DNA of 64,000 nucleotides from Asterias rubens (Eukaryota), in the NCBI RefSeq assembly GCF_902459465.1, contig NC_047062.1:13950001-14014000 (forward strand), given 5' to 3'. The notes below the pieces were generated by a model. The model did no database searches and was not told the origin of the DNA. It worked only from the letters and a program-made list of their open reading frames with translations. Within the stretch, counting starts at the first letter, position 1; each line of letters opens with the position of its first letter. A program made the translations under genes and the position numbers. Below, piece after piece: positions 38,201 through 47,620 of the stretch.

Positions 38201-41200
38201 CAACCCTCATCTTGACATTAAGATCTGAGTATGTACACTCAGCGTTTCTTTCTAAACCCTTCACATCTGGAGTACCCACATTGTCGTTGATGGCTGCTTT
38301 GAACTTTTCACCCTGATTACAAAGTGATACCAACCCAGCCTGATGTATATTGGCAGGAAGGAACCGATAAATTTCCTGAGAAGTTTTAAAAATGAGTCAA
38401 GCTTTCTACCAAAAAAACCTAACAAACCATTCTGCATTGTCAAAACCTTGACAATCAATTTGATCAATAAAGAAAGGTAAACTTTAACTCAAAATGTCAT
38501 CTAAGTTAGTCATCCGTTTTTTGCAAACTAAACATAAAAGAAACAATGACCCTTTAAAAATTGAGTCTCCCCAAAAAAGCAACTACATTTTTCTTTGATT
38601 CCGTTAGATCAATTAAAGAAGTGAAAGTTTGTTCCGAGTTTGATTGAATGAATGTCAGCATCTTGTAAAATTAATTCTAATAATTTGGATTGCTAGTTCT
38701 ACAGACGGACGCGTCTTTCAATTTCAATTACAACATAATCTATTACATGTCAACACCAATCGATTTACATAATGTACATGATCTGCAGCGGTGTCAGTTA
38801 GTTGAGTTTTGTGAATACAGTTTCAGTTGCAAATGGCTTCCTTGTGTGCATTGCGGTAAGTACACGGTGTCTCAAGACAGGTTTGAGGGAAGGAAGCTGA
38901 TGACCGCATTATATTAATTGAAAGATAGGTGCGAAAAGTCTTATCCGAGAGGCTTCACGTCCTTAAAGGGTTTTGATACCTTTTGTAGATTAAGTTTATA
39001 GCCATGACATGAATCCCTACTCACTGCGAATAAAGATGTATGTAATGTAATCCACCTGTAGAAGTGTCAACCTCATCAGTTGTCAATTTTTGTGAGGAAA
39101 AAAAAAGTTAAAATCACAGAGCAATGTTTTCAGGAGACTCGCGTAAATCTGATTCATTGCTAAAACAATTTTCATTTCACTGTGGACAACATTTTGTGTG
39201 TGTGAAATGTTTTACTCATTTCTTGCAAAGTACAGAACCTCAGCATATAATATTTTAAGGGAAGCTTTCTACCATCATTATCTTTAAGCCCTGTGATTTT
39301 AATGTAAATCAGTGGACGTCTGTGTTTTGTGTCGTACAAAAAGGAACCCAAACACTTAAAACCATTCACCTCACAAACCCCTCCCTTGTAAATCTGTACA
39401 CTTTCAAAATTGAAACAGTTGAATAAAAATAATTCTAATCAACCTTGTTTAAGTGTAGTTTCAGTGAGGATGGATTTTTTTATGTTCAAACAAGTTTTGG
39501 GGAATTTTGTCTTTTTTTAATCCAGCCATTTTCCAGGTCCTTTTTTTAAGACTCCCTGCATGGACTCATGTCATAAACAATGCATCGGTGCCCTATAATC
39601 CTGCTTTCAAGGCCACAAAAAAACATGATACAAATTTTCAAAAAGGTTGAACTTTTATATCACATAAAACTTGAGTGCAAAGAGCTATTCCTATTTCCAT
39701 TCATCATTTTTGTCTCATCAGCAGGAGGAAGTCAGGAGATTGTGGAAGGATCAAACACTACCCTATACATCGCTCAGACCTACGTCGTAACGCAATTCCT
39801 TGAATAAGGCATTAACATTACGCAGATTGGTAGAATAACGTATTACGCACCGTAGTAGATTTCACTGAATGGCGTAGTCATCCCTCTTATATCTGATAAT
39901 TTCCGCCGAAAAAATGCAACCTTCAAAAGGTACACCTTGATCTCTTTGTCTGGGTCTTAGTGTGAATGAGATTGCCTTTCGGAGTGACATGCGCTCAGGA
40001 CGGTCCAGGGATTTACGCATGTCAAGAAGAAACTGGATCCCCGCTGGCTGAGCGTAGAGACACCGAGATACCGTCCCAAAGCCACTAAGCTGCTTTAACA
40101 GGAAATGACTTCCCAGACGATTGGAAACTCGACACACAAAATGAACTTCTATTACACACAGTGCGGCAGCAATGAGTTTTTCTCAAACTGCAAGGCTGGG
40201 CACAGCAAGTTACTTCCTCCCAGCCCCCCCCCCCCCAACAAAGTGAACACTTGATCAAGAGAGTGCTTTACTAAAAACAATGATTGGACTTTATTTTGGA
40301 GTAGCGTCTCAAGTTTCATGCTTAAGTCACTCTGTGATACAGTATTTATATTTTGACTAGTTGAAAAGAAACATTGGTGTGTACAGACAATTGACAGTAG
40401 TGTAGAATATGAGTTTAACAACATTAGAGCAAAGAATTCTAAAGTTGGTTATAATAGGCAGAAAAAGCAGCCAAATCCTACTCAAACAAAATTAAATGAT
40501 CTGTGAGAACTACCTTCATGGTGAGAAGCACAGTGGTGCTTTTCAAGTCCAGGTCATGGGGGTCAGGGGTCCGAATCCAATCCGTGTAACTTTTCTTTTT
40601 TTACACACAGCTGTAATGGAAAAACCCTGATCATATTGAAGATTTTACCCTTTGAGAAAGACTCTGCTAGGGTCGATGACTGCCACTAAGCATAAGTCTT
40701 TTTTTGGCAGTTAATAAAGTTCACGAATACAAAATTCACTAAGTAGTTCATGGACATAGACAAATTTCCATCAAGTACTCTTGGGTTCATCCACCACGTT
40801 GAGGACCAAAGTATTGCATGGGCCAAAAGTTTTTTAATGTTCAAAGGAATATTCCCCATTTGATTCCATTAAGTTTGATTGTACCTTCACAATGAAAATA
40901 GATATTCTGTTTTTTCCATCATTTTGACAGACTTCATTCAAACAATTTGGATCTCCAACAAACTGGGACGCTTTCGTGAACTTCAATCTAAGTAAACCAT
41001 ATGGACGTATAATTCATCATAAATGTAAGTCTCCCTGGGTTTACGAGCAAGTAATCACAAATGTTTCTCATGGGTATACAAAATATTTTGTCCAGAGAGT
41101 AGTTCTGTAACAGTGCCAAGTGAGCCCACGTACATGTACTGGTGCCATTAAAAAAGACATTTTTCAACACTGGAGGGCAAGCTGGAAGGGGGGGGGGGAA

Positions 41201-44200
41201 CAAAATCATTTGGAGTAGCTTTTGATGTGCCACACCCCTTATTTGTGCATTTTTTCATCTCATTTGAGAGGCAATGATTCTAAGTGGGGGGGGGTATGCT
41301 AGGTTTGCCACTTCTTACTAGACAAATCTGGTGCGAGGCAAAAAACCTCAGTTTAGATGGACACAATTAAGAAGAAACGGTTGTACCCTTAAAATCTGTA
41401 GAAGCCACTTTAAAGAACAGCGGAGAGGGTGATTGCTGACAAAAAGATCTAAAACCAGGATCCAAACTTTAGGAGGTGTGTTGAAATAGTGGCATTTCTA
41501 CATTAAGTTTAAGATTCCAAGGAGTTTGAGAACACTAGAGAAGTATATAAACGAGCAACATTTTGTAGTATCTGAAATAAAAAACAGCTGTGTTTTCCAC
41601 CAGGCACATATTAAAAAAGTCTTTAGTTTCTCATCAAGTAAAGAACTGGACAACAGCAGCTGGAAAGGCTGAGGGTCAGAATTTTAGCCATAATCTCAAA
41701 AACTTGCTGGAAATTGTGAAAAGTATGACTTTCAAAATCCTCATTTACAAAATGATCACACATAAATAAAAGATGAAGACTTTCTAAATTCAGAACAGAG
41801 ACAAGATACACCCAGGCGTCCATTTGGCTAACACCATGCTGAGGAGTGAAATTGTTAATGGCTTATCAGGTTATTAAAATAACATACTAGGAGTGTAATT
41901 TTACATGAGTGAACATTCTTAGAAAATGGTAGGAGGGTCAATGAGAAAAAGCACCCTGGAACCAACCTCATTCACAGGGGTTGACAATCTCGTTGTGCCG
42001 TTTGTTCCCAAAAAGCACTGCATGCTCCGAATTATAATACATATATATATATTCTTTTGTTATCCCCTTTAAATTTGTTTATCTTGTCTCATTTGTTGAC
42101 AGTAACTGTTTCCACCATTCAACAAATTAAGTAAATTCAATATTTATCAAAATATTTCCACAGAGAAAATTGTCTACATACCTGAGCCCATGGCATATTC
42201 TTCTCTTGTATTGATTGACTTGACAATTGGCTGAATCCGGTCTGTGTGAGCAGGACGATGTGGTACATATTGAGTTATTGCACTGTTTGTATGTAAGAAG
42301 TGAATTAAGGAGGCAAGTAATTATACACAGAAGATAAAAAGATGTTTCTCCATCACACTTCTAACTTTGTTTATATCACACATGTATACATGCTAGACCG
42401 GATGACCAGTCTTCCCCTGACCATATTCTTCCTCCATGCCCTGACTCCAAAAGGAGTAAACCAAAAGGGAGCAGTATGCCGAGTATGAAGAATTTCTCAT
42501 AATTGTGCTGTGCCATTTAAAAGTGTCCATCCTCTCGGCGAACCATCCAAATTGATAAGCCATCCTAGGAATTGCATTAAATGAAGAATTTAGTTTTTGA
42601 AGAGAAAGGATATAAGTCCAGAAACTGCCCGGAGAGTTCTTTGGACGAGGTGAACCACTTGTGCATCCGGAAAACCACTTTTGGGAAGGGCGCTGAATCT
42701 TCCAGAATGCCATTCTCATCTGCAATGAACACAATTAGATATAGAGATAATTAATAATATAAAACATACAATAGTAACACAGCTTCAAAACAAAAAGGTG
42801 GTAGGATTTTTTTTTTTTTTTTGCAGCCCTTATTTGTTTCTCAGTTGTGGCTTCATAGGCCTTATCGCAAATACTGGGTATGTGCGCAGTAGGCGTGGAA
42901 AGGTGTATGCTGGTCTAGCTAGTGACCCGACCCTATCGCTAGCTAGACCAGCTTGCACCTCATTCAACAGCTAGTGCTTGCGCAATGGGCATATTTTGTG
43001 AAAAGGTCTATGGATTCCAGATCTTTTTGTATATTGTTTTCAATACTCAGTTTTTAAAATTATTTTTGTTTTATTGAAAATAATAATAATAATTATAATA
43101 ATAATATAAAACTAAAAAAAAAACAAATAAAAGCAGGCAACTGGCCGAATTGCACAAAGCACAAAATTGGCAACTTATGGTGTAATTACATTCCTACAGC
43201 ACTCGTGCCCACTTTTACAAAGTAGGTCATCATGACGAGTTCAGTCAGGATCTAGGTCTGGTTCATTTTATTCCAAAAAAATCGGGGGGGAAAAGAGCAG
43301 GAAAATAAAATAGGGTCGGACACTTTATTTGAAGTGCTCTTACATGCGTACCTAATAGTTGTAGGACCCATTCAATCCCAACAACTCACTTGGAAGACGA
43401 TAGCCTGATTGTAATGTTTACCTCAAAAACAAAACCGTTCGTCAATTAACTCCCTACCCCCATGGATGTCGACTAGGTTAAAACAACAACCGAGTGACGT
43501 CATTGGTGAATTATATTACAGCGCTGGCAAATATTTGTGTTCAATTTGGAGGAGATTGATCTCATTTGTCTTTATGGGTAAAGTCCTTTACTCCAAAGAG
43601 TTGAACAGTCATTTATCAGTATCAAGGTCAATAGTTTCAAGGTTAGGACCACATTATTTAATAAAATAGTCAGACATCAAGGCCCCCTACTCTGGAATAA
43701 GCTTTAAGGGGAATGTAGTACATTATTTTCTCTACCAGCCAGGCTCCAAGTGGATGATACCCATGTCTACATCCTTATGAACTGTGAAGGTAACATTATG
43801 TTTCAGCCCCAGGGGTGCGTAGGTGGCAACCTGCCCCCCTGGTGACAGTTGATTTTGGTTGACAGCCCAAATCATTTAAGTGTAGCCCTCACCTTAAAGT
43901 GGCTGTACTTGGCCTTGTGATTTAAAGCGACATCTCATAAATCTTTTTAAAAAGAAACCTAAGCCCTTTTTTTTTTTAAACTAAGTTAAATTCAAGCCAT
44001 GATGATCTCTGGTAAAGTTATCTTATCTACTTTGATTATCTTTGGTTTTTAGGCACTGTATATTTATTATTTCCATTTTATTTATTCATGACTCCATAAT
44101 TGGAATTGAGCCATAGCCAACAATCATGTTGTACATCAACACCAAGCTATGTTACTTCATGGTTATCATTGCTACCATTCTATCAACAGATAGATGCGGC

Positions 44201-46052
44201 TATGACTGCACACTTGACAACCAACCATCCAATGATTGATGGCATACCCAAAGTCACAGAGCACTCACAGAGGAGATTGCCTAAATTTCCTCTATGGACT
44301 AAAAGTAGCAAAATGAGGAGAAATGTTTCCTGCAATATGGGTATAAATACACCGATTGCGTGCAGTTTTCTTTCCAATGCCTATGTTTTGATTATTTTTC
44401 CTGCAGCGCCAAGGATTCAGCCGCGTTGGAGCCAATCGAATCATCAGAAATCCCCCGTTTCAAGGATTTCAACAGGTTCTCTTTTAGCTAATAATGGTTT
44501 TACCCAAGCGTACCGCAAAAAAAAAAAATCACAAACTCTTCATAACATTCTTTAAAATCTTCAAAAATATTTGCCGACATACATTAATTATCCCCAGAAA
44601 CTAGCAAATGATGAGATGTACCTGTGGTACTGCTCCTACGTATAGCGTGAGCTTTACGAACCTAATTTGACCCAATTTTTTGACATTTTGAGTTGAAACT
44701 CTCAATATTAAAAAATGCTCCATTTGAAAGATAACACACTGTATGTCAGCCTAAAAAGTACAAAGTTTGTGTCTTAATTTCACAAAAACGGTGTATGCCA
44801 CACTTAAATGGTGTTTGAAGCTTTGCATGGTGTGGAGAATAACAAATAGAATCTACATTCTCCTGAAGACGAGCAGAGTATACTGTTGGAAACGTCGAGA
44901 CCAAACAGGCTCTTTTCAGAGCCACCACTCCCTCAAAAGAGTTTTTACCCATGGTTGTACCCGCAAGTTTACTATTAATATTTATGTTTATAGTTGCTCT
45001 TATGCCACACTTAAATTTATTTCCACTTGATATCAAGACATTCTACCACTTGTCAGTTGACATATAAGACTTGTCACCAATTCAGTTGATATAAAGACTT
45101 GTCACCAATTGTCACTTGATATCAAGACCTGCCACCACTTGTCAATTGACATTAAGACTTGTCACAAAGTTTCATGATTTATCAAGACTTGCCACCACTT
45201 GTCAGTTGACATTAAAGCCATTGGACCCTTTTGGTAAACAGTATTGTCCAAGGCCCAAACTTCGTGTATCACAACTTCTATATAAAATAACAAACCTGTG
45301 AAAATTTAGGCTCAATCGGTCATCGGAGTGGGGAGAAAATAACGGGAAAACCCACCCTTGTATCCGCACGTTTCGCCGTGCCATGACATGTGTCTAAAAC
45401 AAATCCATAATTCTCGATATCGAGAATTGATATTGTTTGAATGTTTTCTCAAAAAGTAAAGCATTTCATGGAATAATATTTCAAGAGAAGTCTTTCACCG
45501 CTACCTTCTGTAAACCCGGTAAGTTATTTGTAAATCTGTAAACTTTTTTTTTTCCTGTACCGAAAGGGTCCAATGGCTTTTAGACTTATCACCAATTTTC
45601 ATGATTTATCAAGACCTTCCACCACTTGTCAGTTGATATTAAGACTTGTCACCAATTTCCACCTGATATCTCTGCATGTTACCTAGTGTCAGTTGTTATC
45701 AAGGTTTGCCATCACTTGTCAACTGACACCAAGAACTTCCACCAAGAAGTAAAATGATATCAAGACTTGTCACCAGCTTTGCCAATTGATATGAAGAATC
45801 ACCATCGATTGTCAGTTGAAATAAAACAAAATCACCAAATGTCAGTTTACATCAAGAATTGTCACCAGTTGTCAGTTGATATCCCTAAAAATTATAAGAA
45901 AAACCAATGACACTGTACTCACCAAAGCATTCCACTATTAACTCGGCAAGTCTATCAAGCGGCACAGCTTTAATGGACCCTTTTTCATCATCCAATGGCT
46001 CCGAAGTTGATCCCAACTTCTTCCGTCTTGGGCTACTTGATTCTTGATTCAT
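8764..46052 (-). CDS. RASGRP3: Ras guanyl-releasing protein (RasGRP/CalDAG-GEF family; RASGRP3/1-like, probably co-orthologous to vertebrate RASGRP1-4). Spliced CDS: join(46052-45923, 42719-42614, 42292-42182, 28574-28443, 23918-23768, 23086-22913, 22215-22099, 21014-20917, 19521-19520, 16409-16234, 15125-15045, 13854-13747, 12034-11919, 11525-11116, 10551-10229, 8934-8764); 801 aa
   Basis: Exons translated by hand with consistent splice phases. Family motifs appear in the expected order: REM ([23 protein letters not shown]; RYWI), [111 protein letters not shown], an EF-hand pair, a C1 domain and a coiled coil. The total of 2406 nt is divisible by 3 only when the 2-nt exon is included. The paralog-level symbol is approximate. 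Confidence 0.95.
9822..10014. mobile_element. Degenerate family D1 MITE
   Basis: GAGCCCAAATTCACAGA ... GCTCTACGAAATTAGGCCCTG. Confidence 0.6.
10229..10551 (-). CDS. RASGRP3: RasGRP Ser-rich tail exon containing QATQT
   Basis: CCACCAG acceptor (phase 1); AGA|GTAGGT donor (phase 0); open frame. Confidence 0.85.
11116..11525 (-). CDS. RASGRP3: RasGRP exon with the rest of EF2 and the C1 (DAG/phorbol-binding type) domain
   Basis: [50 protein letters not shown] has the full H/C zinc ligand set and the P, W, G, L, Q, G residues of typical C1 domains; ACAG acceptor; G|GTGAGT donor. Confidence 0.96.
11919..12034 (-). CDS. RASGRP3: RasGRP EF-hand exon ([19 protein letters not shown]...NADR)
   Basis: AACAG acceptor; AG|GTCTGT donor; EF-hand loop. 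Confidence 0.93.
12175..12238. repeat. Inverted repeat of about 25 bp (hairpin)
   Basis: GAGGCCTGGTTCTTGATAATTTACC ... GGTAAAATTATCAAGAACCAGGCCTC. Confidence 0.85.
12872..13522. mobile_element. Non-autonomous TIR element, CACTA/EnSpm-like (contains a nested family A MITE)
   Basis: TIR CCCAGGTCGAAATTCCAGTTGAACC / GGTTCAACTGGAATTTTGACCTGGG; 2-bp AT duplication; many subterminal CCAGTT/AACTGG repeats. Confidence 0.72.
12976..13351. mobile_element. Kolobok-like MITE, family A
   Basis: TIR AG(A/G)CA(C/G)TGGACACTATTGGTAATT; TTAA at 12972-12975 and 13352-13355. Confidence 0.88.
13747..13854 (-). CDS. RASGRP3: RasGRP exon ([17 protein letters not shown]...AAMVE)
   Basis: Tandem acceptor AAG|CAG|; GAG|GTAAGT donor; PTPxKP..DWASG motif. 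Confidence 0.93.
14101..14139 (-). ncRNA. Minimal type I hammerhead ribozyme (Penelope-like element terminus), all core bases present
   Basis: GCCU-CUGAAGA-A-GGUCC(GGAUU)GGAUC-GAAA-G-CUA^AGGC: stem I GCCU/AGGC, 5-bp stem II, palindromic AGCU stem III. Confidence 0.8.
14332..14385 (+). mobile_element. Inverted, degenerate copy of the same Penelope-like hammerhead terminus
   Basis: TGAAGAAGGTCCGGTTTAGATGGAAAGCTAAGGCCATCTACCC; core C lost and stem II broken. Confidence 0.75.
15045..15125 (-). CDS. RASGRP3: RasGRP end of the CDC25 domain ([27 protein letters not shown])
   Basis: TATAG acceptor; GCA|GTAAGT donor. Confidence 0.95.
15819..16167. mobile_element. Kolobok-like MITE, family A
   Basis: TTAA|AGGCAGTGGACAC...GTGTCCAGTGTCT|TTAA. 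Confidence 0.88.
16234..16409 (-). CDS. RASGRP3: RasGRP CDC25 exon ([16 protein letters not shown]...VNMLR)
   Basis: CCTTTCCTTAG acceptor (phase 1); AGG|GTAAGA donor. Confidence 0.93.
17157..17529. mobile_element. Kolobok-like MITE, family C
   Basis: TTAA|AGGGTCTATGTAACTTTT ... AAAAGTACCCAAATCCT|TTAA; related sequences at 37284, 38967 and 46868. Confidence 0.75.
18039..18350. repeat. Local tandem duplication of about 180 bp
   Basis: CATGC(A/C)GAGATGAGTAACCT and GGTTCATTCTTCATGCAAGCTTA each occur twice. Confidence 0.8.
19520..19521 (-). CDS. RASGRP3: Candidate 2-nt microexon (AG) supplying the missing bases of Leu-Gly in [11 protein letters not shown]
   Basis: Minus strand reads ACTAAC..long pyrimidine tract..CTAAAG|AG|GTAAGC; CT+AG+GT gives CTA GGT; the flanking exons are otherwise phase-incompatible (2 versus 1). 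Confidence 0.65.
20917..21014 (-). CDS. RASGRP3: RasGRP CDC25 exon ([11 protein letters not shown]...GFKIPI-CT)
   Basis: AACAG acceptor; CT|GTGAGT donor (phase 2). Confidence 0.95.
21526..21637 (+). mobile_element. 5'-truncated tRNA-derived SINE
   Basis: CCGGAGGTCGTTGGTTCGAATCCCACTCTAGTCAATTCTTTGTTCAAC, largely identical to the 25043 copy. Confidence 0.78.
21668..22029. mobile_element. Kolobok-like MITE, family A variant
   Basis: TTAA flanks; TIR similar to family A; internal palindrome CTTCAGGCCTGAAG. Confidence 0.8.
22099..22215 (-). CDS. RASGRP3: RasGRP CDC25 exon ([29 protein letters not shown]...)
   Basis: TATAG acceptor; AAG|GTATTT donor; hallmark NF..LMA RasGEF motif. Confidence 0.95.
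22913..23086 (-). CDS. RASGRP3: RasGRP CDC25 exon (FADLKSY...FVEVSK)
   Basis: T-rich TAG acceptor; AAG|GTCAGT donor; 58 codons. Confidence 0.95.
23768..23918 (-). CDS. RASGRP3: RasGRP linker and start of the CDC25 domain ([11 protein letters not shown]...FRRLN)
   Basis: TGCAG acceptor; AAT|GTAAGT donor; contains the Ser aligned with the RasGRP PKC-site Thr and the His of ELANH. Confidence 0.95.
25043..25117 (+). mobile_element. tRNA-derived SINE head (anticodon arm deleted)
   Basis: A box TAGCTCAGTTGG and B box GGTTCGAATCC; the tail CACTCTAGTCAATTCTTTGTTCAAC is shared with 21526. Confidence 0.8.
26007..26246. mobile_element. MITE family D2
   Basis: CAGGGCCCAATT ... GGTAAGCAGAGCCATGAAATTGGTGCCTG; reverse-complement homolog at 62130-62382. 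Confidence 0.75.
28443..28574 (-). CDS. RASGRP3: RasGRP REM exon ([13 protein letters not shown]...VIDISNV)
   Basis: TTGTAG acceptor; GT|GTGAGT donor; phase 2/2; RYWI motif. Confidence 0.93.
30505..30687. mobile_element. Short TIR element with CAGGCCTG ends and an approximate 6-bp target duplication
   Basis: Flanks AATTAG / AATTAA; internal GTGCCCTT repeats; related to 60968-61125. Confidence 0.6.
31329..31453. mobile_element. Short, internally deleted MITE of family D2
   Basis: Near-perfect TIR CAGGGCCCAATTTCATGGCT / AGCCATGAAATTGGGCCCTG. Confidence 0.8.
31540..32678 (+). mobile_element. Internally deleted Tc1/mariner transposon with TIRs of about 215 bp
   Basis: TIRs at 31540-31754 and 32464-32678; TA flanks; N-terminal HTH plus GRP motif (31960-32160) fused to the C-terminal W..I....[11 protein letters not shown]....GGHTK motif; DDE core missing. 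Confidence 0.92.
31960..32322 (+). pseudogene. Tc1 transposase remnant (DNA-binding domain plus C-terminal tip)
   Basis: [58 protein letters not shown]; frameshifted C-terminal fragment. Confidence 0.88.
33460..34190. repeat. Tandem repeat of about 123 bp, interrupted by a MITE
   Basis: TTGATGAT(G/C) anchor at about 33897, 34022 and 34145; a unit end lies left of the MITE at 33476-33514. Confidence 0.82.
33515..33881. mobile_element. Kolobok-like MITE, family A subfamily
   Basis: TTAA|AGGGAAGGTACACGTTTGGTAATT ... AATTACCAAACGTGTACAGTGCCT|TTAA. Confidence 0.85.
36059..36240 (-). CDS. Candidate alternative first coding exon ([14 protein letters not shown]...[13 protein letters not shown]), in frame with exon 28574
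   Basis: ATG with an upstream in-frame stop; 60 codons plus 2 nt ending at CA|GTGAGT; the phase-2 donor matches the phase-2 acceptor. Confidence 0.5.
37284..37430. mobile_element. Partial family C MITE
   Basis: Similarity to 17157-17300 (AGAAAGCTTCCC...GCTGTAGTTTTTGAGAAATGAG). Confidence 0.6.
38967..39355. mobile_element. Kolobok-like MITE, family C
   Basis: TTAA|AGGGTTTTGATACCTTTTGT ... AAAAGGAACCCAAACAC|TTAA. Confidence 0.7.
42182..42292 (-). CDS. RASGRP3: RasGRP REM exon ([37 protein letters not shown])
   Basis: Follows the AC acceptor; donor AG|GTATGT; ICHGLR corresponds to ICYFVR of vertebrate RasGRP1. Confidence 0.9.
42293..42613 (-). other. U12-type (minor spliceosome) AT-AC intron, 321 nt
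   Basis: 5' ATATCCTTT; branch site CTCCTTAAT (42312-42304) about 12 nt before the terminal AC (42294-42293); joining gives in-frame L-Y-K. Confidence 0.93.
42614..42719 (-). CDS. RASGRP3: RasGRP REM exon ([36 protein letters not shown])
   Basis: TTGCAG acceptor; ends at the U12 donor TT|ATATCCTTT. Confidence 0.92.
42884..42984. repeat. Palindromic hairpin repeat, copy 2
   Basis: Arms at 42901-42922 and 42939-42960, with a different loop. Confidence 0.8.
44859..44985 (+). mobile_element. Penelope-like terminal fragment with a hammerhead motif (second family)
   Basis: TCTC-CTGAAGA-C-GAGCAG(AGTATA)CTGTTG-GAAA-C-GTC-GAGA; the stem II closing pair is a G.G mismatch; the tail is homologous to 59141-59260. 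Confidence 0.7.
45024..45885. repeat. Degenerate tandem repeat of about 30 bp (TTGTCAGTTGACATTAAGACTTGTCACCA), interrupted by a MITE
   Basis: Many units on both sides of 45216-45578. Confidence 0.85.
45216..45578. mobile_element. Kolobok-like MITE, family B
   Basis: Same TIRs as 1059-1424; left TTAA, right TTTA. Confidence 0.85.
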
Positions 46053-46057
46053 TGTTT
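45923..46057 (-). CDS. RASGRP3: RasGRP exon with the main ATG (46052), [12 protein letters not shown]...IVECF
   Basis: Pyrimidine tract (TC)nTTTTAG acceptor; ATG 5 nt into the exon; donor G|GTGAGT; start of the REM domain. Confidence 0.9.
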
Positions 46058-46867
46058 CTAAAAGAGAGAGAGAGAGAAGAAAGAGAGGAGTTTAAGAAAA
46101 TGTTTTCTCTGATGACATAACTGCGTTAAGAAGATAAGGAGCACCATTGGAGTATTCCGTCCATCTGCTCACCAATAAAAACAATTACCTGACAACTGTT
46201 TGAAGGACAAGCTCATTGCGTTGACTTCTCACAGTCATATCGACTCCTCCGTAATTGTATTTAAGAGGAGGACAACGATGTCCGTTTTTAATTTTGTTGT
46301 TATAGAACATTTTGTTTGTTTTTCTTACTATAAATATGGAGGTTGTGTGCCGAACTTAATTAGCAATGAATAAATGTACACAATGGCCTTCAATTTTGTT
46401 GTTGAAACATGGCGAGAACAAACAATAGAGCTCTCAATTGGTCACTTGTTATGATACATAGAAATGGGGAACAAACATTTTGCTGTCAATGAAATGATAA
46501 TAAATCACAAACAGTAACCTACTATATACTGTGTGCCAAGAAGCAACAAAATAGAGTTTGTGAGAATCTAATGATAAACTGCTGGGGAAATAAATTAGTC
46601 ATGGATATGGCTGTTAATCAATTAAACTTTTCAAAGAATAGTGTTTATAAAAGTAGAGGTCATAATTTGGAAAAAAATTATAATAACGTGTGATATTTTT
46701 CATTAGGAGTTAGTGTACCCGCACCAGATATTAATCGCTGCAGAACAATGGCATTTACGAGTAGAAGTAAATGTCGTCTATACATCTTCAAGTTCAACGA
46801 CAGTTGTTGATTCTGCGAATGTGATGCATTTACAAAAACAAAATAATTTTTTAGCCATGACATGAGT

Positions 46868-47216
46868 CCCTATGCATTGTGAATGAAGATGTAGGCCCTA
46901 TGTAATATAATTCACCAGTAGAAGTTTAAGCTTCATTAGTCATCAAGTTTTTGAGACGAAAAAATAAATAAAATCACAGAGCAATATTTCAGGACAGTCA
47001 TGTACATCCAATGCACATGCTAAACAAATTCTTCTCACTAAGACCAACATTATTTTTGTGACATGTTTTACTCAATTCTCAAAAACTACAGCACCACATC
47101 AGCAAGTAGAAGTTCCATAATAATAAAATAATAAGTCTTCCACCATCGTTATTTTTGTAAAGCTGTGTAAATCTGTTGAGGTTTGTGCTTTGTGTTGTAC
47201 AAAAAGTACCAAAACT
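46868..47216. mobile_element. Degenerate family C MITE
   Basis: Similarity to 38990-39355 (AAAATCACAGAGCAAT; TGTACAAAAAGTACCAAAAC); boundaries approximate. Confidence 0.55.
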
Positions 47217-47523
47217 GAACTTTACACAGAAACCTACATCCCTGACCTGGAATTACAAGCAGCCTCACACATGAAATCCTGATGGTTGTGAAAGTTCAGG
47301 GTTCCATCAGATTGCCAGGCTTTTTCGGAAAAAAAAAATCCTTAATTTCGGTGACATATAAGATAACTGACCAGCAACTCTCATAAGTAAAATCACTATA
47401 TATATGGGCCTATACTTGAAAACAGGCAATGTTCTGCAAGTGAAGGTATTCCAAATACGGTAGGTTTTTAATGAGTGGTCACATTTGAGTGATCATCACA
47501 CAAAAAAAGGGAGACCGCCTAAA

Positions 47524-47620
47524 AGGGCTAGGTAGCTCGATTGGTAGAGCACCAGCTCCTTTCTCAAGAGGTCATTAGTTCAAATCCCACTGTATAGGAA
47601 TTTCTTTTTTATTTAACCCC
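47524..47620 (+). mobile_element. Degenerate tRNA-derived SINE
   Basis: AGGGCTAGGTAGCTCGATTGGTAGAGC...AGTTCAAATCCCAC. Confidence 0.65.

Noticed and set aside
40648-40682. Degenerate hammerhead-like fragment (TTTGAGAAAGAC...GTCGA)
   Set aside because: Both core boxes are broken, so it is too decayed to call
42393-42734. 113-aa ORF overlapping the REM exon
   Set aside because: It is in the wrong frame for the exon and reads into the U12 intron
44100-44555. 151-aa plus-strand ORF
   Set aside because: No recognisable domain, no exon structure and no support
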